Under the pieces are notes generated by a model. That model made no database searches. It was not told the origin of the DNA and saw only the letters and a list, made by a program, of their open reading frames with translations. DNA of 64,000 nt from an uncultured Gemmatimonadota bacterium. Lineage in GTDB: Bacteria; JAAXHH01. Positions 1 through 9,547 of the stretch are shown piece after piece. Positions within the stretch are counted from its first letter, which is position 1. Every line of letters begins with the position of its first letter. The translations under genes and the position numbers were made by a program. The DNA lies in contig OX638340.1 of assembly GCA_951812955.1 (NCBI GenBank), forward strand, positions 2,560,001-2,624,000, written 5' to 3'.

Positions 1-20
1 ATACACTAAGCATCGCGCGG

Positions 21-1061
21 ATGAGTATCGTTCCATCCGATACCGTCTATGCCTGGGCCAGCAGCCAGTACGCGAATATGATGGAGGGGACGCCGAATCT
101 GGCCGCCGCCCATACCGCCATGGCGATCGTGTACAACCAGGGCGGGTACCTCGACGAAGCGGTCCACCATTACCGGCAGGCTATTGAGGACGATTCCTCC
201 TACGTCGACGCCTATACCAATCTCGGCAAGGTCTATTCAGATACCGAAGAATACGAAATGGCGGCCGATGCCTACGAGAAGGTGCTCACCCTGTCTCCCC
301 CAGAGGACCAGTTGCCCAGGATCCATCTCAATCTTGGCGTCTCATACATGGGCATGGACCGCGTCGACGACGCGATCAGGGAATGGAAACGGGCCGTCGA
401 TCTTCAGCCGGACTACGTGGACGCCTACATGAACCTGGGAACCGCATTCCAGAATAAGAATCTGCCGGACAGCACGCGCGTCGTCTGGGAAAGAGCCCTG
501 GAGGTCGGCGGGCAGTCGGTCGTGCCTCGTATCGCATTGGGCCGCCTGGCGTTCGCCGAGGACCGCCTGTCAGATGCCCTGAGCTACTACGGGCAAGTAC
601 TCGAGCTGGGCGCGAGAGATCCCCGCATTTTCGTGGAAATCGCCATGGTACATGAACGGAGTGAAGACTTCGACCAGGCGATTGTCCAATACGAACAGGC
701 GCTCGCCCTGGCGCCGGACAACGCTCAGCTGAAAGCCGCGTTGAACCGTGTCAGGCGGATCGTGGAGGAACGGACGACGGCCATCGAGTCAAACAAGATC
801 CGCGTTCGCCAGATCGTCGTCGCCACGCAGGCGGAAGCGCAGGCGGCGATGAATCGGTTGCAGGCAGGCGCCGATTTCGTCGAACTGGCCCGGGAATTAT
901 CCATCGATTCGAGCAGGGACAGCGGGGGTGACCTCGGGTTCTTCGGCCCGGGAGAGATGATCCCGGAATTCGAGCAGGCCGCGATGGAGCTGAAGGTCGG
1001 TGAGTTAAGCGGGGTCGTTCAAACGCCCATGGGTTTTCACATCATCAGGCGAATCGAGTAG
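21..1061 (+). CDS. TPR-repeat protein fused to a C-terminal PpiC/parvulin-type peptidyl-prolyl isomerase domain; possibly 5' truncated by the window edge
   Basis: N-terminal helical TPR-like repeats (YRQAIEDDSSYVDAYTNLGKVY, YEKVLTLSP). C-terminal parvulin signature (VRQIVVATQAEAQAAMNRLQAGADFVELARELSID...GDLGFFGPGEMIPEFEQAAMELKVGELSGVVQTPMGFHII). No in-frame stop between position 1 and the first Met. Confidence 0.6.
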   Translation: MSIVPSDTVYAWASSQYANMMEGTPNLAAAHTAMAIVYNQGGYLDEAVHHYRQAIEDDSSYVDAYTNLGKVYSDTEEYEMAADAYEKVLTLSPPEDQLPRIHLNLGVSYMGMDRVDDAIREWKRAVDLQPDYVDAYMNLGTAFQNKNLPDSTRVVWERALEVGGQSVVPRIALGRLAFAEDRLSDALSYYGQVLELGARDPRIFVEIAMVHERSEDFDQAIVQYEQALALAPDNAQLKAALNRVRRIVEERTTAIESNKIRVRQIVVATQAEAQAAMNRLQAGADFVELARELSIDSSRDSGGDLGFFGPGEMIPEFEQAAMELKVGELSGVVQTPMGFHIIRRIE

Positions 1062-1110
1062 CGCGCCGCCGCGGGCAGCCGGTCGCGTCCACGGCATTGA
1101 AGGGAAACAG

Positions 1111-2055
1111 ATGGACAAGGAATCCGCTGAAACGAAACAGGTCGTCGTCATCGGCGGGGGGCCGGCGGGTTACACGGCGGCCCTGTATGCGGCCCGGGCG
1201 AACCTTTCCCCCGTCGTATTGACGGGCAGCACGGTCGGCGGACAGTTGTCGCTTACCAGCGAGATCGAGAACTTCCCGGGATTCCCCGAAAGCCTGGGAG
1301 GCATGGATCTCATGGACCGCATGAGGGAACAGGCCGAGCGTTTCGGCGCCGAGATGAAGTACGAGGAAGTCGTCTCGGTGGATTTTGAACCGGGAGCCCA
1401 CCGGATACGCACGGACCGGAGCGAATACACGGCGAAAACCGCGGTGATCAGTACCGGTTCGTCGCCCAGACTGCTCAACGTGCCTGGCGAGGATACCTTC
1501 TTCGGCCGGGGCGTTTCCACCTGCGCGACCTGCGACGGCGCCTTCTACCGGGACCGGAAGGTCGCCGTGGTGGGCGGAGGCGACAGCGCCATGGAGGAGG
1601 GACTCTTCCTGACGCGGTTCGCAAGCCAGGTCTGGATCATTCACCGCCGCAACGAACTGAGAGCGAGCCGGATCATGCAGGAACGGGCCCTGGAACATCC
1701 AAAGATAGCGTTCCAGTGGGGATCCGTGGTCGACGAGGTGCTGGGTGATGAAACCGCGGGCGTGACCGGGGTGCGCGTGCAGGAACTGGAAACGGACCGG
1801 GTACGGGTGCTGGACGCCGAGGGCCTCTTCATCGCTATCGGGCATACGCCCAATACCGGACTCTTCAGAGACAAGATCGACCTGGACGAACAGGGCTACA
1901 TCCTGACCGACAGGAGGCAGCGCACCAGCGTGCCCGGCGTGTTCGCGGGCGGGGACGTGCAGGACCACGTCTATCGCCAGGCGATTACGGCGGCGGGAAC
2001 GGGATGCGCCGCCGCCATGGAGGCGGAGAAGTATATCGCGGGGAACGGGGGCTAG
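1111..2055 (+). CDS. trxB: thioredoxin-disulfide reductase
   Basis: FAD-binding GGGPAGYTAALYAARA, redox-active CATCDGAFY, NADPH-binding VVGGGDSAMEEG; length 314 aa. Confidence 0.9.
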   Translation: MDKESAETKQVVVIGGGPAGYTAALYAARANLSPVVLTGSTVGGQLSLTSEIENFPGFPESLGGMDLMDRMREQAERFGAEMKYEEVVSVDFEPGAHRIRTDRSEYTAKTAVISTGSSPRLLNVPGEDTFFGRGVSTCATCDGAFYRDRKVAVVGGGDSAMEEGLFLTRFASQVWIIHRRNELRASRIMQERALEHPKIAFQWGSVVDEVLGDETAGVTGVRVQELETDRVRVLDAEGLFIAIGHTPNTGLFRDKIDLDEQGYILTDRRQRTSVPGVFAGGDVQDHVYRQAITAAGTGCAAAMEAEKYIAGNGG

Positions 2056-2060
2056 GCCGC

Positions 2061-2183
2061 CGGGTCAGGGCGTTCGATCAGGTCGTTCGGGTCAGGGCGT
2101 TCGATCAGGTCGTTCGGGTCAGGGCGTTCGATCAGGGCGTGCGGGCGTCGTTCAGGGCGTTCGTTCAGGCCGTTCGGGCGTCG
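2061..2183. repeat. 27-bp tandem repeat (gtcagggcgttcgatcaggtcgttcgg) x about 3 plus degenerate copies, between convergent trxB and cysE
   Basis: Direct reading. The units decay in identity toward the cysE stop codon; the last cysE codons lie in the degenerate part. Confidence 0.85.
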
Positions 2184-3085
2184 TGCTTTACCACGTCCAG
2201 CTTCGGGTTTCCGATGGTAACCTTGGAATGGGGCGGCACCGGTTCCGTCAGCCAGACGTTGGCACCGATCACGGAATCGTGTCCTATGGTCGTTCCGCCA
2301 CCCAGGATCGTCGCACCCGAATAAATGACCACGTCGTCTTCAATGGTGGGGTGGCGCTTGCCGCCCTTAACGAGACGTCCGCCCTCATCCTTCCTGAAAC
2401 TCAGCGCGCCCAGCGTTACGCCCTGGTATAACTTGACGTTGGCGCCGATCAGCGCGGTCTCCCCGATGACAACGCCCGTGCCGTGGTCGATGAAGAAGCG
2501 GGTGCCGATGGTCGCGCCGGGGTGGATGTCGATACCGGTGCGGCTGTGGGCGTGTTCGGACATGATCCGCGGGATGAGCGGCGTATTCCTCAGATAAAGT
2601 TCATGGGCGAGCCGGTATGTGGCGATGGCTGCCATGCACGGGTAGCTGAGTATGATCTCGTCATGACTTTTGGCCGCGGGATCCCCGTCGTAGGCCGCTT
2701 CCACGTCGCCCATGAGCAGCTTTCGGATCCCGGGAATCGTCTCCAGGAGTTCGAGGGTGATCCCGTCGGCGATTTCCTGGCAGGCCGCCGGATCCTCCTC
2801 CCGGCACGGGGCGTCGTGCATCAGGCTTCGGGCGATTTCCTCCCGCAGCCTGATATAGATGGCGTCCACCAGCCCGTCGACGAAAAAGGCCACGTTCTTC
2901 GTCATGAGCGGTTCGTTCCCGAAATACCCCGGGAAACAAAGGACCAGCAGGTCCCTCAGGATGCCGTAAATCCGTTCCCGCGAAGGCAGGTTATTTCCAT
3001 CTTTGCGGTTCAGGCCACCGACCGAGTCGTAGGATCGTACGATCTGGGATGCCAGCGCGCCGAGCTGGCTGCGCGTCTCCGACAT
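2165..3085 (-). CDS. cysE: serine O-acetyltransferase (start moved to internal MSETRSQ; track ORF extends to 3160)
   Basis: Left-handed beta-helix hexapeptide repeats (DIHPGATIGTRFFIDHGTGVVIGETALIGANVKLYQGVTLGA) and an N-terminal SATase helical domain. Confidence 0.8.
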   Translation of the reverse strand: MSETRSQLGALASQIVRSYDSVGGLNRKDGNNLPSRERIYGILRDLLVLCFPGYFGNEPLMTKNVAFFVDGLVDAIYIRLREEIARSLMHDAPCREEDPAACQEIADGITLELLETIPGIRKLLMGDVEAAYDGDPAAKSHDEIILSYPCMAAIATYRLAHELYLRNTPLIPRIMSEHAHSRTGIDIHPGATIGTRFFIDHGTGVVIGETALIGANVKLYQGVTLGALSFRKDEGGRLVKGGKRHPTIEDDVVIYSGATILGGGTTIGHDSVIGANVWLTEPVPPHSKVTIGNPKLDVVKHDARTA

Positions 3086-3405
3086 GGTGAGATTGCAGAT
3101 CGGCACCACCTTCTCACCCGAAGTCTCATCGCGCCTGGAACGTTTCATGATGCTCCGCATCGGTTTTCAGATACCGGTTTCCGCACAGGTCAGAATCGGT
3201 GCCGGGCTTCTCTTCCCGGCCCTTTCGCCGCTGTCTGAATTTCGAGGAACCATCGCGGTAAGTCAAGCGATTTCTTTTGTTAACGGCTGTGCCATGATCG
3301 TTCGGCAGACGCTACAAAGCAGTTGCCTGAGGAAGCGGTACGGCCTTATATTGCAGTAATTTCGCGTCGCGTTTCGATCCCCGGTACACCAGGCAGCGGT
3401 CCCCT

Positions 3406-5364
3406 ATGGATATCAAACGAACGCTCGTCGTTCTTTCCCTCTTTCCATGCCTGCTTGCAACCGGCTTGCCGGTCGCGGGCCAGTCTGCCGGCGGGTACAT
3501 GGCTATCACCGAGGTGCAACCGGGCATGCGCGGATACGGCCTCACAGTTTTTCAGGATGCCCGGATCGATACCTTCGAGATCGAAGTGCTGGGCGTCATG
3601 AAGAACATTTTCTACGCGAAACACGATATCATCATGGTTGGAGTTTCGGGTCCCTACGTCGACGATGCGGGTGTAATCGCGGGGATGAGCGGCAGCCCCG
3701 TGTACATAGACGGAAAGCTCGTCGGCGCGTTGGCGTACCGCTTCGGGACGTTTCCGATGAAACCCATCGGCGGCGTCACGCCAATCGGCCATATGCTGGC
3801 CATACGCGATGCCCTGGAGACCGAACCGGCGCGGGACCGCAGTGCGCCCGGAGGAAACCTGGGAGGGCAGGGCGAGTTCCGGGGTGAAACCGGACCGGGT
3901 GAACTGGGTGGAACGGGCGGACCGGACGGTCCGGACGAAGCATCCGCGGATCCGGTATTCCCCGGTTCGCTTTGGCCGGGTGAAGACGGCATCGAAACGG
4001 AGTACTCCGGGCAGCCGGGTATCCCTTCTGGTCCGTCCAACCTCAAACCCATCGCCGTGCCGATGGTGTTTTCGGGTTTCCATCCCATGACGGTCAGTCT
4101 GTTCGAAAACGACCTGCGCCGTCGCGGACTCGTACCCCTGGCCGGGGGCGCTTCCAGCGGGACGTCCGGCACGGTTCCAGCCGGCGACGACTCGGTTACG
4201 GAACAGGCCGGTCCGGCGTCCAGCGGTGGGAGATCCTCCCTGGAACCCGGCGCCGCCGTGAGCGCGCAGCTCATACGGGGCGATTACAATCTTTCGGGTA
4301 CCGGTACGGTCACCTGGCGCGATGAAGACGCCATACTTGCCTTCGGGCATCCCTTTCTGTGGACGGGCGCCCTGAACATACCGATGAACCGGGCCGATAT
4401 CATTACGGTCATTCCGGACCAGATCGGATCCACGAAAATCAGCAGCGTGGCGGATGAAGTCGGTTCGGTCCTGTGGGACCACACAAACGGGATTTACGGC
4501 CAACTTGGCGATACGGCGCGCATGATACCGGTGGAACTCTCCTACGACGATGCCACCGGCACGCCCCGTACCTACCTGTTCGACGTGATGATGGCGAACG
4601 GCTGGACGCCTCTGCTGGTAAACATGGCGGTGGCGAATACGATTATCGCGAACGGCAGGGCGGCCGGCGAGCGAACGATAACACTCGGCGGACGGATCGA
4701 GCTGCGGGGCCATCCGGATGTCGTCTTCGAAGACCAGTTTTCCGGACAGGGGTCCCTCTCGGCATTGGCCAGAGATGTGAACGGCGTGCTCGACTTCGTG
4801 CTCGACAACCGCTTCGTGACCCCGATGATCGAGTCACTGAGTATCGAGATACAATCGTCGAACGAGCGCAGGACGGCCGTCATCGAAGACGTCTGGTTCG
4901 GATCGGAAACCGTGAAGCCGGGCGACACGCTGGAGGTCAGGGTATTCCTTCGGCCCTACCGAGGCGACCGCGTGGTCAAGCGGCTCGACGTGACGATCCC
5001 CAAGACCATATCCAACGGACCGGTACAGGTACTTGTCGGTTCCTCCCAGGCCGTTCTCCGCCACGACCTGAATGCCGTTCCCCAGCGGTACAGGCCCACG
5101 GACGGTCCCCGGCTGATTGAACTGCTCAACAACCGCCGTACCGGAAACCGGGTATATCTGAAGATGTTCCAGGGCGGCGCGGGGGGCATGGTGAAGGGCA
5201 GGGAGATGCCCGGACTGCCTCCATCGGTCCTCGCCGTCATGAATTCAGAGCGGACGAAGGGCAGTTTCCTGCCGATCCGCGAGAAGGTGGTCGCCGAGGA
5301 AACGGTCCGAACGGACTATGTCATCGCCGGGCAGAACTGGAGCCGGCTGACCGCAAAGCGATAG
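3406..5364 (+). CDS. secreted SpoIVB-like peptidase S55 family serine protease with a Gly/Pro-rich internal linker
   Basis: Signal peptide MDIKRTLVVLSLFPCLLATGLPVAGQ. Ser-protease motif AGMSGSPVYIDGKLVG and His motif AFGHPFLWTG resemble SpoIVB/S55. Low-complexity GPG-rich segment in the middle. Confidence 0.55.
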   Translation: MDIKRTLVVLSLFPCLLATGLPVAGQSAGGYMAITEVQPGMRGYGLTVFQDARIDTFEIEVLGVMKNIFYAKHDIIMVGVSGPYVDDAGVIAGMSGSPVYIDGKLVGALAYRFGTFPMKPIGGVTPIGHMLAIRDALETEPARDRSAPGGNLGGQGEFRGETGPGELGGTGGPDGPDEASADPVFPGSLWPGEDGIETEYSGQPGIPSGPSNLKPIAVPMVFSGFHPMTVSLFENDLRRRGLVPLAGGASSGTSGTVPAGDDSVTEQAGPASSGGRSSLEPGAAVSAQLIRGDYNLSGTGTVTWRDEDAILAFGHPFLWTGALNIPMNRADIITVIPDQIGSTKISSVADEVGSVLWDHTNGIYGQLGDTARMIPVELSYDDATGTPRTYLFDVMMANGWTPLLVNMAVANTIIANGRAAGERTITLGGRIELRGHPDVVFEDQFSGQGSLSALARDVNGVLDFVLDNRFVTPMIESLSIEIQSSNERRTAVIEDVWFGSETVKPGDTLEVRVFLRPYRGDRVVKRLDVTIPKTISNGPVQVLVGSSQAVLRHDLNAVPQRYRPTDGPRLIELLNNRRTGNRVYLKMFQGGAGGMVKGREMPGLPPSVLAVMNSERTKGSFLPIREKVVAEETVRTDYVIAGQNWSRLTAKR

Positions 5365-5373
5365 GAGCGACTC

Positions 5374-7674
5374 TTGAACCAGGTCACGGGATGGCGCGTA
5401 CCACTCTTGGCTTCGGTCCTTCTGATGGCCGCGTTCGGCGCCCTCGCGTCGACGCCGGTAATCTGGAAACAGGCCGGACACGGGGACTTTCTCAGAGGAG
5501 AAACCCGCGGCGTTTCCATAACCGGAAAGGGCCGCCTGACCCTGTCACCGGTCCTGGATCCCGTTTTCGAGAGCGACGAACCGCTGATATGGAGTATCGC
5601 GACCGATTCCAGCGGTAATATCTACGCGGGTACGGGAAATGACGGCAGGCTGTACCGTGTGGATTCCTCGGGCCAGACCGAAGTGTTTTTCGACGCGGAA
5701 GAGCTTGAAATCCGCAGTGTCGCGATTGATGGCGACGACAGGATCTACGCAGCCACCTTCCCCGACGGCCGGATCTACCGGATCGACCCGGACGGGACCC
5801 ATACAGTGTTTTTCGATCCAGCGCGCGATGGCGGCTCGGACGACGGGAATGGCGGCTCGGACGACGGGAATGGCGGCTCGGACGACGGGAATGGCGGCTC
5901 GGACGACGGGACGGGCTACATCTGGTCGCTGGCGCTGGACGGGGAGGGCGGGCTTTACGCGGGAACGGGTGATCAGGGAAGGATATATCGTATCGACGAG
6001 CATGGCGACGCACACCTGCTGGCCGAGCTGGAGGAGGCCCATGTCATGGCCCTGGCCGTGGATGGATCGGGCCGACTGATCGCCGGCACCGAGCCGGGCG
6101 GAAGAGTCTACCGCATGGAATGGACCACGCCCGACGGCCCCCTTTCCCTTTCGGTCCTCCACGATTCTCCCTACGGCGAAATCAACGCCCTTCAGGTTGA
6201 CGCGGAGGGCGCCGTGTTCGCCTGCGCGCTGAGTGGACCGCGCCGGGGCGGCCGGGGCGGGGGAGCGATGTCTCCGCCATCCCGGAGCACTCCCGACGAG
6301 CCTGGCGGCGAATCCGCACGCAACACGGTCGAAGTGACGGCATCGGCGGATGGCGCGGACCGGCCGACAGTCCGCAGTTTCGCCGCGGGGGGCAGTGTGG
6401 TCTTACGGATAGATCCGGATGGACGGGTGGAAGAATGGTGGCGATCCCAGGCGGACGTATGCCTGTCTCTGGCGGTTCGAGGAGAAAAAGAACTGCTCAT
6501 TGGCACCGGGCAGCGCGGCCGGCTGTACAGCGTCCGGGAACGGGGCCGGGGCACGCTGCTGAACGAATTGCGGGATTCGCAGATCACGGCGCTGATGCCT
6601 GTCGCAACGGACGGGGTTTTGGTGGCGACGAGTAATCGCGGCAACCTGTACCGTCTGCTTTCCCGGCCCGTGCGCGAGGGCGAATACGAATCCGATGTCC
6701 GGGATACCCGGGGCATCGCGCGGTGGGGCCGTATACGATGGGAAAACGAGCAGCCCGCGGGGACGACGGTCCGCCTGTATGCGCGGTCGGGCAATACGGA
6801 TGCTCCCGACCAGACCTGGAGCGAATGGACCGGTCCCTACACCGACCCGGAAGGAGAAGCCCTGGCATGCCCGCCCGCCCGCTATCTGCAGTGGAAGGCG
6901 GTGCTGAACACGCGGAACGAGCAAACCCCCTCGGTCTCTTCCGTTTCGGCCTCGTACCTGACGCGAAACAATCCGCCCAGGGTGCACTCGGTCACGGTAT
7001 ACGAGCCGGGCGTCCAATTGCGGGACGCCGCGCCAGGTTCAGGCTTACAGACCGATCTTCCCCCGGGCATCGCAGCGCAGGTCGGTGGCCGTGGCAACGG
7101 CCGCGGCCAGAACGCATCGGCCGGCTCCCCCACCTACCGGAAGGGCATGCGGGCCATCGCGGTCCAGGCGAGCGATCCTGACGGGGACGGACTGTCCTTC
7201 GAAATCTATTTCCGGGGCGCGGCTGAAGAAACCTGGAAACTCCTGGAGTCGGAACGGCGCACCCCTTCCTATTCCTGGGATTCCGAGACTTTCCCGGATG
7301 GAGAATACGTCATACGCGTCGTGGTCAGCGACGCGTCGTCGAACCCGCCTGACCAGGCACTGGAGTCGGATCACCTCACCGAACCTTTTCTGGTGGACAA
7401 TACCGGTCCGCTGGTAACCCGGATCAACATATCAGACGGACTGTTGTCCTTTCTTGTCCAGGATAACGCCAGTCCCCTTTTTCGCGTGGAATACGCCATA
7501 GACGGGCGCGATTGGCGGGTGGTTCACCCCGTGGACGGCGTTACGGATTCGAAGACGGAGTCATTCGAGATCACCCTGGACGGACTGGAACCCGGCGAAC
7601 ACACCCTCGCCGTTCGCGCCAGGGACACATCAAATAACACGGGTACGGGGAAACGGGTCGTCAGGATCCCCTGA
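5374..7674 (+). CDS. secreted beta-propeller repeat protein with C-terminal Ig/FN3-like beta-sandwich region; contains in-frame GGSDDGN x4 repeat
   Basis: Signal peptide. Recurrent ~40-aa blade-like units (GNIYAGTGNDGRLYRVD, DRIYAATFPDGRIYRID, GGLYAGTGDQGRIYRID, GRLIAGTEPGGRVYRME). C-terminal beta-rich region. Immediately follows the S55 peptidase on the same strand. Confidence 0.5.
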   Translation: MNQVTGWRVPLLASVLLMAAFGALASTPVIWKQAGHGDFLRGETRGVSITGKGRLTLSPVLDPVFESDEPLIWSIATDSSGNIYAGTGNDGRLYRVDSSGQTEVFFDAEELEIRSVAIDGDDRIYAATFPDGRIYRIDPDGTHTVFFDPARDGGSDDGNGGSDDGNGGSDDGNGGSDDGTGYIWSLALDGEGGLYAGTGDQGRIYRIDEHGDAHLLAELEEAHVMALAVDGSGRLIAGTEPGGRVYRMEWTTPDGPLSLSVLHDSPYGEINALQVDAEGAVFACALSGPRRGGRGGGAMSPPSRSTPDEPGGESARNTVEVTASADGADRPTVRSFAAGGSVVLRIDPDGRVEEWWRSQADVCLSLAVRGEKELLIGTGQRGRLYSVRERGRGTLLNELRDSQITALMPVATDGVLVATSNRGNLYRLLSRPVREGEYESDVRDTRGIARWGRIRWENEQPAGTTVRLYARSGNTDAPDQTWSEWTGPYTDPEGEALACPPARYLQWKAVLNTRNEQTPSVSSVSASYLTRNNPPRVHSVTVYEPGVQLRDAAPGSGLQTDLPPGIAAQVGGRGNGRGQNASAGSPTYRKGMRAIAVQASDPDGDGLSFEIYFRGAAEETWKLLESERRTPSYSWDSETFPDGEYVIRVVVSDASSNPPDQALESDHLTEPFLVDNTGPLVTRINISDGLLSFLVQDNASPLFRVEYAIDGRDWRVVHPVDGVTDSKTESFEITLDGLEPGEHTLAVRARDTSNNTGTGKRVVRIP
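5830..5913 (+). repeat. perfect 21-bp tandem repeat x4 (ggcggctcggacgacgggaat), in-frame within propeller gene, encoding GGSDDGN x4
   Basis: Direct reading of the sequence; three identical units followed by one variant unit. Confidence 0.9.
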
Positions 7675-7683
7675 GGAGGCAAG

Positions 7684-8433
7684 GTGTCCGGGCATTCCAA
7701 GTGGAGCACGATCAAGCGGAAGAAGGAACAGAAAGACGCCGCTCGCGGGAAGATCTTCACCCGCGTCATCAAGGAGATCACCATCGCCGCGCGGCAGGGC
7801 GGCGGTTCGGTGAACGTCAACCCTCGGCTCAGGACGGCCATACTGGCCGCCAAGACGGAAAACGTGCCGCAGGCCAACATCGACCGGGCCATCGCGCGAG
7901 GCACGGGCGAACTGGACGGCGTTCATTACGAGGAACTGGTCTACGAGGGATACGGGCCATCGGGCGTTGCGTTGATGGTGGAAGCGGTGACGGACAACAA
8001 GAACCGCACCACCTCCGAGATGCGCCATGCCTTCACTAAGAACGGCGGCAACATGGGGGAGGCGGGCTGCGTGGCCTGGATGTTCGACCAGAAGGGCACG
8101 ATCGTCGTGGACAAGAATGGGGTCGACGAGGACGAGGTCATGATGATCGCCCTCGAAGCCGGCGCGGAAGACATCCTGGACGAAGGAGATACCCTGGACG
8201 TATACACCGCCGTTTCCGATTACGAATCGGTGCGGGCCCAGCTCGAGGAAAACGGGTTCGCCCCCCTGCGGGCTGAAATAGGCCGCATTCCGCAGTCGAC
8301 CGTGGCGGTCGAGGGCAAGGACGCGGAGCAGCTTCTCCGGTTGATGGAGGTTCTCGAGGACCACGACGACGTCCAGCACGTCTACGCTAATTTCGACGTG
8401 GACGACGGGATGCTGGAGAAGATGAACGGGTAG
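7684..8433 (+). CDS. yebC: YebC/PmpR family DNA-binding transcriptional regulator (GTG start)
   Basis: N-terminal MSGHSKWSTIKRKKEQKDAARGKIFTRVIKEITIAAR is the YebC signature; 249 aa; directly upstream of ruvC as in many bacteria. Confidence 0.9.
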   Translation: MSGHSKWSTIKRKKEQKDAARGKIFTRVIKEITIAARQGGGSVNVNPRLRTAILAAKTENVPQANIDRAIARGTGELDGVHYEELVYEGYGPSGVALMVEAVTDNKNRTTSEMRHAFTKNGGNMGEAGCVAWMFDQKGTIVVDKNGVDEDEVMMIALEAGAEDILDEGDTLDVYTAVSDYESVRAQLEENGFAPLRAEIGRIPQSTVAVEGKDAEQLLRLMEVLEDHDDVQHVYANFDVDDGMLEKMNG

Positions 8434-8442
8434 CGGGTATAC

Positions 8443-8961
8443 ATGATCATCCTCGGAATCGACCCGGGCAGCGTAATTACGGGATACGGCGTGATCGACA
8501 CCCGGGGCAGGAACACTCGGCTATTGGACTGCGGCGTGGTGCGGACGGGGTCGCGCAAGGCCCTTCCGGATCGGCTGAAGTTAATCTACGACGGCCTGTG
8601 CGAAGTAATCGACCGAAACCACCCGGAACTGGTGGCCGTCGAGTCCACCTTCGGCGGGCGGTTTCCCAAAGCGGCCCTCGTACTGGGACACGCCCGGGGG
8701 GTCGCCCTCCTGGCCGCGGCGAACCGGGGACTGCAGGTCTGGGAATACGCCCCGCGCGATGTGAAAATGGCCATTACCCGCGCGGGTGGCGCGTCGAAAC
8801 AGCAGGTTCAGTACCTGGTGCGCGCCATGCTGAACCTCGACCGGGACCCCGACCGAAAGCCCATGCCGGAAGACGCGTCGGACGCGCTGGCGGTCGCTAT
8901 CTGTCACTTTCACAGGATAACCGGAGGGATCCAGGCGGTTGATCGCATTCGTCGAAGGTGA
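8443..8961 (+). CDS. ruvC: crossover junction endodeoxyribonuclease RuvC
   Basis: MIILGIDPGSVITGYGVID N-terminus with catalytic Asp; 172 aa; operon position before ruvA. Confidence 0.9.
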   Translation: MIILGIDPGSVITGYGVIDTRGRNTRLLDCGVVRTGSRKALPDRLKLIYDGLCEVIDRNHPELVAVESTFGGRFPKAALVLGHARGVALLAAANRGLQVWEYAPRDVKMAITRAGGASKQQVQYLVRAMLNLDRDPDRKPMPEDASDALAVAICHFHRITGGIQAVDRIRRR

Positions 8962-9547
8962 ATTGGTCGACAAGCAACCCGACGGCATCACGGTGTCCGT
9001 CGGCGGGATCGGCCTTTACATGGACGTCCCCCTCTCCACGGTCCAGGCCCTCGGTGCCCAGGGTTCGCGCGTGCGCGTGGAAACGGTGCTCCACAGCCGG
9101 GAGGACGGCATGCAGCTCTATGGTTTCGCAACCGTGGACGAGAAGCGCCTCTTCGAAGTGCTGATCACGCTGCCTGGCATAGGGCCCGGCGTGGCCCTGA
9201 ACATCCTGTCCGGCGCGACGGTCGCCGAGTTTACCGCCGCGATCATTAACGAAGACGTGGGCAAGCTGGTCTCACTGCCGAAGATCGGCCGGAAGACCGC
9301 GCAGCGGTTAATCATGGAGCTACGCGACAAGCTCGCCTCCATGGATACCGGCAAGGGGGAAGCGCTGCCCGTGGCGCCTTCGGGAGAGGCCCCCGAAGTG
9401 GACGATGCGATCATGGGCCTGGTGGCATTGGGCTACGACCAGCCTGAAGCCCGTAAGCAGGTCATCCGGGTGATGTCCGATAGCGCGGAAACCCCTGCGG
9501 CGGAGGAGATCATTCGATTGGTGCTGCGGAACCAGGGAGGGCGGTAG
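8939..9547 (+). CDS. ruvA: Holliday junction DNA helicase subunit RuvA
   Basis: MIAFVEGELV start, HhH motifs LITLPGIGPGVALNILSG, ~200 aa; overlaps the ruvC end. Confidence 0.9.
   Translation: MIAFVEGELVDKQPDGITVSVGGIGLYMDVPLSTVQALGAQGSRVRVETVLHSREDGMQLYGFATVDEKRLFEVLITLPGIGPGVALNILSGATVAEFTAAIINEDVGKLVSLPKIGRKTAQRLIMELRDKLASMDTGKGEALPVAPSGEAPEVDDAIMGLVALGYDQPEARKQVIRVMSDSAETPAAEEIIRLVLRNQGGR

Noticed and set aside
2004-2324. 106-aa ORF translating the 27-bp tandem repeat as VRAFDQVV x3.
   Set aside because: The periodic peptide is simply the repeat read in one frame. The ORF overlaps the trxB 3' end and the cysE 3' end on the other strand and has no other coding signal.
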